Assembly (NCBI GenBank): GCA_003344405.1
Contig: NOWV01000012.1
Location: forward strand, 930,001-994,000
Direction: 5' to 3'
DNA from: Trichoplax sp. H2
Taxonomy: Eukaryota
DNA length: 64,000 nt
Below, piece by piece: positions 39,038-51,625 of the stretch; the stretch's first letter is position 1; each line of letters starts with the position of its first letter. Both the position numbers and the translations under genes were made by a program. Under the pieces are notes generated by a model, which saw nothing but the letters and a program-made list of their open reading frames with translations, was not told the DNA's origin and searched no databases.

Positions 39038-39437
39038 CTGACTTACTGTAAATATCGTAACAAAAACCCGTTAGACAATCTGGGGGAGGAGGGCTAAAGT
39101 GTCGATTTTAATAGCTGTAATGCAGATCTTGCTTATGATAGTCATATCATTGGAAGTAGCATTTTCTTTACAAGTTCCCAATCGGATGATATACAGTAAG
39201 CCTATAGATAGCAATTTAATTTAAATTGGTTTTAGTATGCTTTGACAGGGCATAAAGGCGCATTACCGACTTGTTGTAAGTCTGTCAGTATCGTCACATA
39301 CTGTGGCTCGTTAGACAATCTGGGGGGGGGAGCAAAGTGTCGAATTTAATAACTGTAATGTAGATCTTGCTGATGAAAGTCATATATCATTCGAAGCAGC
39401 ATTTTCCTTACAAGTTCTTGATCAAATGATGTATAGT
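39038..39437. repeat. Diverged direct repeat, period ~240 bp
   Basis: CGTTAGACAATCTGGGGG...AAAGTGTCGA.TTTAATA.CTGTAATG.AGATCTTGCT...TACAAGTTC starts at 39069 and 39309. Confidence 0.85.
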
Positions 39438-40254
39438 CAATAATAAGGATAATCATAATTTCGTAAGATTTGAATATGATTTCGGACGTTTATTAAATAC
39501 TAATTGAACTATTTACTGTGGTTAATATTGAACCACATAACATTTTACAAGGCTTAGTATAGAATTTCATATTAATCATTATAACATATTATACTGTAAT
39601 CCAATGGCTTAATTACCTAATAGTCTAATTTCAGGATTTATCCGTAGCTTTGTACCCGTTTGAGTACGAAGTTCAGTGTATTTACGAAATGCCTAGTTAG
39701 TTCGTAAAATGCAAAAATATCAAAATATGTCAATCAGTGAAATCGTCTTTCTATATAAATTAGAGAAACTATCTTTATTCATGGAGTAATATTGCTAAAA
39801 AAAAGCAGCGAATTTACATTTCTTTGATGATTATAATAATAATAGACTAATTGAAATATTCAATACATATGTAACTTGCAATTACTTCCGTAATTGCCAA
39901 TCATTGAGATATACTGTTATCAATGAAGTCGTTATCATTGAATTGATAATGTTCTGATTCTGAAAATTATTCTTTATTTTTACACGTTGTATGAAATTTA
40001 CTGTTACACTTAATATTAGCCTTCAAGCATTTGCATCGGTTGATAATGAATACAGCATGTATGGCATTTTGCAAATTGACTAGGCATTTGGCGAATGGAC
40101 TGGATTTTGCACTTGGACGGTAACAGCTGTAGCTGCATACAGTAGAAAGCGTGTCATTCATCCTTCCCGATGATTGAAATGATATGAAATTATAATTTTA
40201 AAATTTCGTAATCAAAAATGGAGAAAAATCAATTTCTGCTGCATATTCAAACTC

Positions 40255-40390
40255 TACTTGTACGTACGTGTAGAGTATAGAGTGTAGAGTGTAGAGTGTA
40301 GAGTGTAGAGTACTGTACTGTACACTCTCTCAGTGCACAGTGTACAGTGTACAGTACTGCAGTAGGACTGTACTCTACCGTACTGTATGA
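40255..40390. promoter_or_regulatory. Motif cluster plus (GTAGAGT)n minisatellite upstream of DDIAS
   Basis: About six copies of GTAGAGT, followed by tactgtactgtacac and acagtgtacagtgtacagtactg. Confidence 0.5.
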
Positions 40391-40862
40391 CTGCAAGTCG
40401 CAGAGAACTGTGCCATGTCGCATTCATAGCCACATTACAAGTCGTATTGTATGTAGATTCGGAAAAATGATTTTCTTACATTCTTACGCTAAACCTGACT
40501 TCTAATTATAATTATTAATTAATTTATGAATTAATTGATGAAGTAATTACGATGTATATGGCTGATGGACTGGATAGTAATGCTTTTAATAAACAACAAA
40601 TAATCTAACCTTGAATTGGAATATATGAATATTGAATTGGACGTGGACATGGAATGATAAATACAGTATTCTTCCCAATCTCTGTAGTCTTACGTAACAT
40701 TGGAAAAATTGAAGGGGTTATCGAAACGTACTGTAGAAACCGCGACTGGCAATGATCCTTATTTTCATAACTGGATCACTTGTCATCGATTAATAAATAG
40801 GAGAGCGGACATAGTGACTGTATTTGGTCAAGACAAGTCTTACTTCTGCCATAAACTTGCTA

Positions 40863-43454
40863 ATGGCCGAGCAAGATATTCACTTGATTGTTTGCGTTTT
40901 ATCTGTCGGCCAGCAGTTATATTATCCAGCTTGTCAACACTGCTTCGTAAGATTAAGAACTCAAAATAACAGGTGATAAAATTTAAAATTCACGTTGCTT
41001 TACAGAATTCATACTACAACTAATTCATGATAGTGATTGATGCTTACGAAGCTCTATCAGTGATGATAAACGCGTATACAGTAGTCTACTGTACAATTTA
41101 CTAATAGAAACGATCTCGAATAGATGATATCATGACATTTTTTGCTTGATGAAATGCACTATTCTGTACAAGTACAACACAGTAAATGCGTAGTACTGTA
41201 CGATCGATCAATGCTGTACTTATTAATGAATGTGTAATTTGATGGAGGTGAATCAGTTAAAGTTCGATCGATTCGATGATGGACTATCAAAAGTAGCATT
41301 TGATATCGAAAGAATGTATACGATAGGAACAAACTTATTGCTATAGATGTCGACTACAGTAATTGACATTTTCCTATGATGGTAATGCCGATAGTATGCA
41401 TGGAAAGCAATTCAATAAGCAAGAATTTGACGGAGATTGGAGTTATACAGTTACTGTCGGCTTAGTACTTACCTAAGTATTAGTAACCAAGGTGATTTTA
41501 ATATCTCCTTAGGCTAATATGCCCTCGATGCAAGCAAGTCTACTGTGATCAGCAAATTTGTTATCGCTATAGGCTCAAGCTAAACGTAACTGACCAAGAT
41601 TCTATTGCTGATGTTACTTTATTTGGTAAGTGTGTGGAGAATGTTATTGGTAGAACAGCGACAGAACTACATAGGTGAGAAGATAAAGTAAAATTGCCAT
41701 ATAAAATTTGATTCAAAAATTCATTCCTGTATTTCTGTTATTGATCGGGTCTTACTATCTCGTACTGTAGGATGCTATCCACTCGACAATCTCGATATGA
41801 CAAGAGCCTTGCTAATATCTTGCAATATATCATTAATTATTATTTTATTGGTTCAATGATCGAGCTGTCGTTTTCATCCCATCGCTACAATGGCAAAGTA
41901 AAATGCCAGCATTTGTCGGACATTAAAGTAAAGCAAACACGTGTCTCCAATTTTTATACGGGTGAGCAGAAACTTCAAATCAATACTGTACAATGAATTG
42001 TTGTAATATGCACAACATTTTGATATATAATCAGTTTAGCATGCTATAAAAACGATTGAACATGTGTTCATGATAAGACGTCGTCATGAATTAATTTCGA
42101 TGCTGTCATAATTCACATAATAGGTTGTTATCCATCTTTTATTGCTACAAAAATTGAACCTGTCAGCACTAGAAAATGCACAGTGATTGAAGAATTCGAA
42201 AATGCACTTTCGCAAATGCAATGTGCTTGTTCAAAGACTAGTACTGACATCGACCACGTAGAAGGTGGTAACTTTGACGGCCCAAGTGGTGAAACTTTCA
42301 ACAATAGTGATTGGCAAGTTTTATTATGGGATAGTGAAGAATGGAAATTGGATGAGATCGAAACAAATGACATACCTTCAGAAGGATTGTCAGAAGCTAA
42401 GGAATTGTTAAATACTAATTTTAGTACAACTGCTAAGGAATCAGATACTTTTAAACTGAATAATCATCAGTGGAATACAAGCAACACTGCAGAATATAGC
42501 TATAATAAAACTTGGGTTTCAGCCTCTCCTCCTTCCTTAAACCTAACTTGCTGTAGCTGCGGTCATGATGTTACGGTGGTATCTAATTTAGAACGTAGTT
42601 GGCTACAAAACAATGTATCAATATCTCCCGGCATGGATAATCAATCAATGAGTTGGTTTAGTGATTATGGCTTTAATCATAAAGATTGTAATATTAGTGT
42701 ACGAGTGAAAGATAAGAACGATAAAGAAGAGGTAATACCGGGTGTTAATTTATCTAATCATAATGGTGAAACTCAAACTAATTTTGTCGAACAAAACGTA
42801 ACATTTAGTAGCAGTAATGATTCTATCAGGCCGGTAAGCCATCCGGTTACATGTTCATCGCCAAGGCAGACAAATGATGAATCTTTGCCTTCGGAGACTT
42901 TACTACTGTACTCACGTTGCAATTCCAGCGATAGTATCAAAGATGATCATACAGGTTCCAGCGATTCCGGTTGTAATCAGAATTATATTTTCTGCCGATC
43001 GGATACGAGAGACACACTATTGCTATTTTCACCGATTAATACAGCCGAAATTGTAAACGATTCGAATCAGCAAACAGGCCGCAAGCGGCGAAGAACGTCT
43101 CATGTCAATCTTTCTCGCAGGAAAGAATTGTATAAGGAAAATGTTGTTGCAAAATCTAGCACTTGGGATTCTAATATTAATGTCGACCAACAGAAATTGT
43201 CGTTAGTGTTTACTCCTAGTGAAAAATTAGATGCAAATGATTATGATAGCGAAACGTTATTTTTATTTTCTCAGAATAATACCAGTGCAAGTTCGCAACA
43301 TTTCCAAGATATTACGACCACAGCTAATCAGGATCAAGGTCCAGTATCCCGTACGAATAAGCGCTACAGTTGTAATGACCAAAATGCAGGTTACGTTGGT
43401 ATAACTCCAAGTAGCACCCTGAAGCGAAAGCTATTCAAGGCAGAGAATGCATAA
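40863..43454 (+). CDS. DDIAS: DDIAS/Noxin-like protein (RPA1-C-type OB fold with 4-Cys Zn site plus disordered tail); exons 40863-40972, 41513-41674, 41771-41961, 42124-43454
   Basis: Spliced translation MAEQDIHLIVCVLSVGQQLYYPACQHCF..R|LICPRCKQ..YRYRLKLNVTDQDSIADVTLFGKCVENVIGRTATELHR|..YYFIGS..|..FIATKIEP..CTVIEEF matches the DDIAS pattern YPSCQKCF..CPKC..YRYKLSLKV..TVFGSCL..FFG.TA..LHR. All introns are GT-AG and phase-consistent. Confidence 0.82.
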
Positions 43455-44090
43455 AGATACTATAGTTACTATTTGGAGTTGAAAATAATTTCATATGAAT
43501 TACCGTAAATATTTTTATAAGATCTATAGCTCGTTTCTTAAGTGTTGAAGTAATTCGATGTCATTAATGCAATTTCGATTTATTTAATTTATAAACGCCT
43601 GTATACACTACAGATTATGACTACTTTGAAGGTAATAATTTATTATATAGTAATTATATATAATTATTTATTGAGCATGTATTGTTATATACTATACTGT
43701 AATTTTGCACCTTTTACAATACTAATATCCCTTATTGACAGTAACTATAGTAATTTTTCGGTTATTTTGGGTAGACAAAGTCAAGAGATAGTTTTAAATA
43801 TACGTATACAGCGTAGTGAGATGGCCAAGATTGCGCCATTACTATTACTTATTTTTGGTATGTACATTTATGCCCACAATAAAAGTTCGGCGTATAACAT
43901 ACATGCATTTTACTGGTCGCTACTGATGTATTAATCGTTTTGGGATCTGCTAAAAGTCCACTATGCTATATTGAAAGACCTTTATTCGCAGCAGTGAGCA
44001 CTTATTGAGTAAGTGCTTGGGCGTGTAGTTGTGATTGAAGTACAATTGAAATGTAATCTACTGTAATGTGAGACATGTTAAACTCGAAAG

Positions 44091-44565
44091 AAAGTGGTAG
44101 TTCTAGCTTATTTTAAACAGTTCTAGTTTACACAATCCTGAGTGCTACAAGTATTACTCTATCAACAAAAATTGGTATGTAAGTATAATGGGATAGAGGT
44201 TCATCAAAGAGAAATCATTTTTCTCTTGATGTTACTTTATCAGAAGTGGTAGTTGTAGCCTATTTTAAGCAGTTGTAGCGTAGTCATACTTCAATAAACA
44301 ATCCTGATTGCTATAGGTATTACTTCGTCTACAAAAATTGATATGCAAGTATGATAGGATAGAGGTTCATTGAAGGAAAGTATTTCTCTTATCGTTACTT
44401 GATCAGAAGTGGTAGTTCTGGCCTCTATTAAGCACTTCTACTTTAGATCACAGTTCGTTAAACAATCCTGATTGCCACAGGTACTGCTCCATCAACAAAA
44501 TTGGTATGTAAGTATAATAGGATAGAAGCTCATCGAAGTGATAGCGTTTCTCTTGTTGTTACTTC
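44091..44565. repeat. Three diverged tandem units of ~152-163 bp
   Basis: AAGTGGTAGTT.T.GC...ACAATCCTGA.TGC.A.A.GTA.T.CT...TC.ACAAAAATTG.TATG.AAGTAT.AT.GGATAGA occurs three times. Confidence 0.85.
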
Positions 44566-45607
44566 TTTACGATAAAATGAAAATGATTTTAAATATAAGG
44601 AATACAATATTACTATCGTTAGTAGTACTTTATAGTACGACTTATAATGCGTAAGTTAGCCTTAATATGCAGGATGGCTTCTAGTGCTTCAGTTGCTTCA
44701 TTTCTTCTCATACTCACTTTTACTCATGTCAAAAGTAAAGTACATGTACTGATGTGCATGAGTTGTTATTGATTGATAGACTTTAGATCGTGGATCTATT
44801 ATTACTAATAGAGCCAGTTAGCAGCAATGTAGTCCATGGCTATAGTTACCATCGTTAGCATACGTATTTTGGACAAAAGAGAAAATGATCATTAACTATT
44901 AGCATTCTTGAGATATACGCTACTGTGTAATTTTGACTAGTGCAATCTCAAGCTAAGATAATAATGAATATATGAAAGTCTAAATTCTTTTAGATTGGTA
45001 CATTATGGTAAGATTTAAAGACATCTATTGATTAATCTCAAGGATGCTGTATACGGATGGATGATTGGTTACTTAATATTTTAAGATCGCGACTTGCCGC
45101 TAGAGTTAGGGTAAATCTTTATTTTAAATTACAATTTTATAAATAACTATGAAACACGACTAATTTCTAATCAGCTGATTTGACAAAATTTTCCTTTCGT
45201 CTTCAGCATTACGCTGTAATTTTTTAGGGTATACAGAATAAAATTAGAAGTTACAAACATTAGTCTCCTTCACAATATGAAATTACTTTAATTACAAATT
45301 TATGCGAGGTGTAATCGTGCTATTTCTGAATTATTACTTGTTTTTGTACATCAGTAAGATCTTAATAAGTGTTGAAATCCTTGCATTCGAGATATAATAT
45401 ACAACATAAGTAAATTTGTTGACACCTATACAGTATTGGTACGAATAAATAAATACTTCAAAATAATCGATCGCTTTTAATGAATGGCTACTAAAATTCA
45501 GTTTTCCTTCCATGTGAGTAGTAGTTCTTTTCCAAGTTCGTTTACGAAAAGTGATTCCATGGACCTCAGTAAAGGATAGAATGCATTACAGAGTTTTATA
45601 AGACAGC

Positions 45608-48600
45608 TTAAGATTGTTTATTTCCTCCTCCCGTGCAAGACGAGCATCGATGTTTTTTGCCATTTTCAGATTCTTCTAGTTGTACACTAATAGTATCAAG
45701 GCCAGATTTGGAATTACCATACCGATCTTTTTTGGCTGGCATTAAGGGTCGTTGATATTTCAATTTATGGGCCAATGTAAGGAAAATGGCGCGAATGGTG
45801 TCTTGTTCTTTATCATCTTTAGCTGAAGTTTCCCATAATGGCATATTATGAGCGTCGGCAAATTTTCTGGCCATATTAGAACTTACTACCTTTTTACTTT
45901 TACAATCACATTTATTGCCAACTAATATACGTGGTATATTGTTAGTAGTGCTGTAGCGATCGAATTCTTCTAACCATATTGCTAGAGCATCAAAGGAGGC
46001 TAATTTGGTTACATCGTAGCAAAATATTACGGCTTGAACGTTACGATAATAGTGTTGGACCATACTCTTTCGAAATCGTTCTTGCCCTGCAGTATCCCAT
46101 ACTTGCAACTAATAAGAAGGAAAATGATAACAGTTAAGAACTACAAGTGGTTGTTCTCAATAATAAGCTAGCTATCTAACAATAACAAAGGTTAATTATT
46201 TTGCTATAAAGAAGAGATATGAAACGAAATCAGTGAATCTTTACGTTAAAAGGAAAACGTAAACATTCTAAGTATATTTAAATTAGCAGAGCATTATAGC
46301 TTATCGATTGCTATAACTGAAATTTCCATCTTTTAATTATTCTGATCTTAATGAAGCGGAACATTATGATCTGGCTTGAGGTAAAAAATATTAGCGTTTT
46401 TAATTACTGAAGGCATGGTTTATATTTGCAGCTTAGTAAATACAGGAGTATTGATATGACTATATAGGATATCCTAAGTATGGACTTGGAGTGATCAATT
46501 AGCCGAGTCAAATTATCCATATTATGGTATTATAAAGATTCAATTTTTTCTGTTTTTTTTCCATTGCTGTATTTGATGTACACTACTTACTTAGTGTTAC
46601 AAAATCCTCAGTGATCGACAGATATTTTAAAAAGCAATATTTTGGATAAAGGCAATTATAATGGAAGGGCAATAATTCCTTCAAATCCATGTAGAAATAA
46701 TCATGATTAATGTCTTATTAAAAATGATGGCGATGATTAGCTCAATAATGACAATCGTTGCTGTATTTGAACGACAGCAAAGCCATTCTATGTTGTATTT
46801 GTTAGTTCAGATATTCTAGCCTATTCTTTAATTAGATACTATATCTTAATGTGGACATTGGGTTACAATAAAACAATATTAGATTATTTTATTTACTTAG
46901 GTCGAAAGGTTCAAGAAAAATAGAGAATCTGCCATATGGTCAGTTTAGAGTTCAGGTTATAGATCATTTTACTTTGCTTACTTTTGGCTTATACAACGTT
47001 GGTATTAGAATAAAGCGAATAAAATAGAATTAAAAATGAATAATACCGCTTATGCTTTGAAAAGAAAAAAAATTATTCATTTGATCGTATTATTTCTTTT
47101 GACGGACAGCGGCTGATTATTTACTTTGGTGCTATTTGGATCCTCTTTAGCGTAGATGAAAAGCTACCATATAAAATTTGAATAGTCTTCGTTTATAATT
47201 TAATATATTATTAGAGTATCAAGATGAATCAATATATAATCACGGTGATTAAAAATTTGTTGAAATATTTGAAATTAAATACTAATCTTCTTTGGCTAGG
47301 GCTATTTAGAAACTACTGCAAAAGATATCATGACGTATATTATTATTAAGCCGGTATCGATTTAATCAGTAATGATATCCACATAATTCTATCGCATCGC
47401 TGTATACGTAGTGGATATAACTACAAAGTAATGATACTCTACCGCAATACTATGCAGTAACATTAAATTATAGTATTAACTCTAGTAAGATACGTTTTGG
47501 GATTTTTCGACAAATAAGTAATACCATAGTGTAGTGCCAATTGGTTGACAGGGTAAAAGTGTAACGAATTCGATATTTCATCTCGATGCGACGTGCTTGT
47601 AAACGATTCTACTAGCCGTAAGAATTCAATTATTGTATAAGTAATATTCAGATTAGGAACTCTCTAAGGTTGAGGTTAGAACAATTTTGAATTTTTTTTC
47701 TAGATAGCCACTCATTTACCATTGAATTGGATATCATTTAGAAGCAGTATGATAATTATCACATTGCTTTGAGTGGCTTTCAAATGATTAAACTATCTAT
47801 TCAATCAATATACGTGTATAAGTAAGATCCAGATTGAGAACTATCGAAAGCTGAGATTGATACAATTCTGGATATATATTTTATGAAGTCAATGAATAAG
47901 TATTAACCAGCACATTGACTACCGTATTGCCTTGAACAAGTAAGGTAACAACATGAAATAGCCAAAGAGTGTGTGTCAGACTAATATCATAAAAAATAGA
48001 AATAAAAATATTTCAGAATTTTTGCTATAATTAGCTACGAAAGACGGATTCAGAATAGTGATAAATTGATGGCATTGAAGGCTAAATATTTAAAAGTCAA
48101 TCCGTAAACATTGATCCGCAGAAAAGATTACTTAAAATAGGAAAATCAATGCTTGCAAATATCGTCGCGTGATATTTTTTTTGTTTAGGATAAGCTGGAA
48201 ATATTACAATTGATATCTATGAGAAATTTTCTAATTTAAGACTATTGTTACTGTATAGGACGGATAGCTGAGGGTTAGTAATTTTCTTTTAATCAGTAGA
48301 TGTTTTAGGACTGAATGTGTATATGATTGATTATTAATCAGTGACTGTGAGTTACAATGGTAGAATCTGTTATGGGCATTACTTAGAGATTAATAAATTT
48401 AATGATCTAGTAAAAAGCATTTAAAAAATATGAGCAATTCTAGTTCTCAGCTTAATCGTAGATAGGGTTACAGCCTTGGTAAATAAAATTGAATATATGA
48501 TCTCATGCGTGAAGAAGTAAGAGATTTAGCTTAGCTCAATTCACGAGCAAAATATGAGTTATAATCATGGATACAGAATAAATAAAATTTCAAAATTGCT

Positions 48601-49802
48601 GTATTTCTAATACTAGGAATAAATAAAGCAGTATAGTACGTTGAATTTTCAAATTTATCAATTGCTAACATAAAGCCGAACTGAAAAGAAATGATGAATT
48701 TGTTATTTATGATAGATTATTGCTAATGTGATTGCAATAGAATGGGTCTACTGTATATTTACCGTCTATAATAATGAATTTTCAAATTAATAGTGTAACT
48801 CTGAAAGCAAATTGAATTTAAAGCAAAACTAATCGTGATAGATTTAAGATAAGCTCATACTTGTTAGAAAATTAAAAGTATTGGGCAAGGACCGGAAGCA
48901 AGCATAGAGTTAGAGTCCGAAGTTTTTACTCCTAAATACTTTTAAGTCCGGTGAAATAAAAAAATTGAAAGATAAAAGTATAAAAAAATGACTCTATCAA
49001 ATAGTATTTAAATCTCATAACGGCTTCAATTATGTGTAGTTTAGTCTTTTAATGTAACTTAGTAGGAATGCTACCATATTAGTATCAGAGTTATTTAGTT
49101 TTTCAATGTATTCATTTTAAGGTTAAGTTGAGCAGTTGATTTATCGATAATAGCCGCTCTTATATCGCTTGATAAAATTGAACGATAATTGATCCATGGC
49201 GTAATTGAAGCATAGGTGCTTTTTAAATCGAAATCTGTAGATCTTGGAAAAGGACTTATATATTACTTTGCTAAATGAGAAGTTAGGCTGATAAGAATCA
49301 TTCAACACTAGGTAGATTTCTTGAATGCGAGTTAATCTCAATCAAGAATCATATGAGTTTTAGGTAACGCAACCAAAGAAATTGATGCATGACCAGATTT
49401 TTAATTGTGATAAGAAATGATAGCGTAAATATATAATCATATTATTATGTCTGAAATATGTTACAGTTACTATACAAATGAAAGATGCAATCATGCCATT
49501 ATTGAAGATCGAATGTTGCTGTTTCTGACAGCTTTAGCGTGGAAAAAAAAATTAAACACCTTTACCTTGATTATTTCACCTTCTAACTCCATCGATTTTT
49601 CTTGAAAATCGACACCAATTGTTGCTGCAGTTTTATGCAGAAATTGTCCGCTACAAAATCGCCATGCTAAACAGGTTTTGCCAACATTTGAATCTCCAAC
49701 TATTATAATTTTATAGGTACATGCTGTATGAAGAGGTGGTACAGTGTCTTGTTGGTCATTATCGCTACCGTCCCAATCCTCTACTTTATCTTCTTCCTCC
49801 AT
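45608..49802 (-). CDS. RAB33: Rab33-family GTPase; exons 49802-49566 and 46108-45608
   Basis: [36 protein letters not shown] (Rab33-diagnostic), GNKCD and ETSAK. One phase-0 intron of ~3.5 kb. Confidence 0.92.
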
Positions 49803-50344
49803 ATGGGTTACTTTAAATTACTATGAAAGACCTTCTCTATTCTACAAACTTTTAATTTTTTTGTGTGTAGTCCTAGTTAAAATAGATGAAATAAGAAAGT
49901 TATAAACATTGCTATTTTAGACTGTTTCTTTTCAATCTTTCTCTTCTGCTTTTATCGTAGCCGTAAATTAAAATAGAACAATAATAAAATACTATTTAAC
50001 TCTCAACATCGTGCTATAACAATAGTAATCATTAGAGGCCATTGAATCAACGATTCCTATGCATATTAATACTTGGATCTACTTTTAGCAAGTGTTGAAA
50101 GAAAGATTACATAATTATTAATAATACACAAAGATTAAATTATAATTTTAGATCATTCACATAGAGGAATAATTGAAATCTACTTAGAGCCTATTGAATT
50201 TTTTTCTTGTTTAGCCATCAATAGAATAGCCTACAAATACTTGTACACAGTCATTTAGATTAAAGTAGCGTTGACTACTTTAAATATTATATAATTACGG
50301 GCAACTAAGTAATAACATTTTGCGTTCAAGAGAAATCTAAATCG

Positions 50345-50990
50345 ATAGTATGTTGGTCATGGAGATGGTAGCTTATGATTGATAACGGTTACCTATTCTG
50401 TTATCCTACATCGATACAAATACCAGGTGGAATACTGTACGCTATTGTCAAAATTTGCAATAAGCATTGGGATATTTGAGTGATTTTATAGAACTAATAC
50501 TGCCGTTAAAAATGGAAAAGAATTCCAAAGGTGTAATATTCTATTTAGTAGATAGTTGATCTTTTCATGTTCTCATGTCCTGAAATCAGTTTACATAAAG
50601 CACAAGAAAAAAAATATTACCGATTTTAAGGGACGCCAAGATCGCTTGGCTTGTTAATGCAATGGATACAAAATGGATCAATAAAAATGGAAGGATAGAT
50701 GGACTGCTTTGTCTGTATTTATAACATGGCTTAAAATAGAAATGGATTCATAAGAGCATTGGAATCAGCGCGGATTGGTGTCCATTCAAGGTGGTGTTGA
50801 TGTAGATGAATACATGAATTAATTACAACTAATTAGTTAATACCAATCGATTGATTGATTATATCATTACTAACGGTATACAGCATCGGCTGCATGGCGA
50901 CGGAGTGGCTGCTATTCTGTAGCCTACTTCTGCTATTTAAACACATCTTGAACGACAATATTGACATCGGTAGTCAATAACTTGCACCAC
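50345..50990 (+). pseudogene. Heavily decayed protein-kinase relic
   Basis: Colinear fragments LVMEMVAYD, QIPGGILY..HWDI, DAKIA-(t)GGCTTG, YNMA and VYSIGCMATEWL resemble kinase subdomains V, VIa/b, VII, VIII and IX, interrupted by stops and frameshifts. Confidence 0.4.
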
Positions 50991-51310
50991 TATTGTAATA
51001 TTGTATGGCCAAATGGATATAAAATTGAATCGTGTGTTTAGGATATAGCTGTACATGCTTATTTTTGAATCAGAATGGAGTCTTGCTACACGTGTTTTGT
51101 TGGGATTTGTCTAGCTAAAATAGGGAAAATTTTTCTTCTCATTTCACTAGTTGAACTTGTTGGTTGCTTTATCAATCATTCATCATGGCGTATCTGCTTC
51201 TACTACTGTATAGTGTCTTGAGTGTACAATTTGTCTATCGAATTGCGATACTGTATCTAATTGATGCTGTTGTCTTTGTGATCTATCGGTTGATCTATCA
51301 TTAGGAATGA

Positions 51311-51625
51311 TTTTCAACAATATTATAACGTTTACTATGTTATTGTATGAACAAAGGATACAGAGTTACGAAATAATGTGAATAAAAACAGGAGCATGGA
51401 TTACTCCATTCTGCTCCAGTCATGACTGGACTACGCGGATATTTTTTTTAAAACACTAAAAAATTGAGATAGTTTTCAATAATATTATAACGTGGACTAT
51501 GATATTGTATGGATAAAGGATACACAGTTGGCAAACAATATGAATAAACCACTGGAGCATACATTACTCCATTTTGCAGAAGTCATCATGACTATGCGGA
51601 TATTTTTTATACACTCAAAAGTTGA
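51311..51625. repeat. Two diverged tandem units of ~162 bp
   Basis: TTTTCAA.AATATTATAACGT..ACTATG.TATTGTATG...AAAGGATAC..AGTT...GGAGCAT..ATTACTCCATT starts at 51311 and 51473. Confidence 0.85.

Noticed and set aside
38901..39075. CCCTAACCC telomere-template-like 9-mer with a possible downstream pseudoknot (telomerase RNA?)
   Set aside because: A 9-mer like this is expected by chance in 64 kb. The pairing is loose, overlaps a local duplication, and no CR4/5 P6.1 or H/ACA domain was recognised.
44091..44565. Repeat arrays as a possible CRISPR
   Set aside because: The units are long, diverged, contiguous duplications without unique spacers, in a eukaryotic context with no cas genes.
45608..49802. 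Assignment as RAB30 based on human synteny
   Set aside because: The switch II region [13 protein letters not shown] is Rab33-type.
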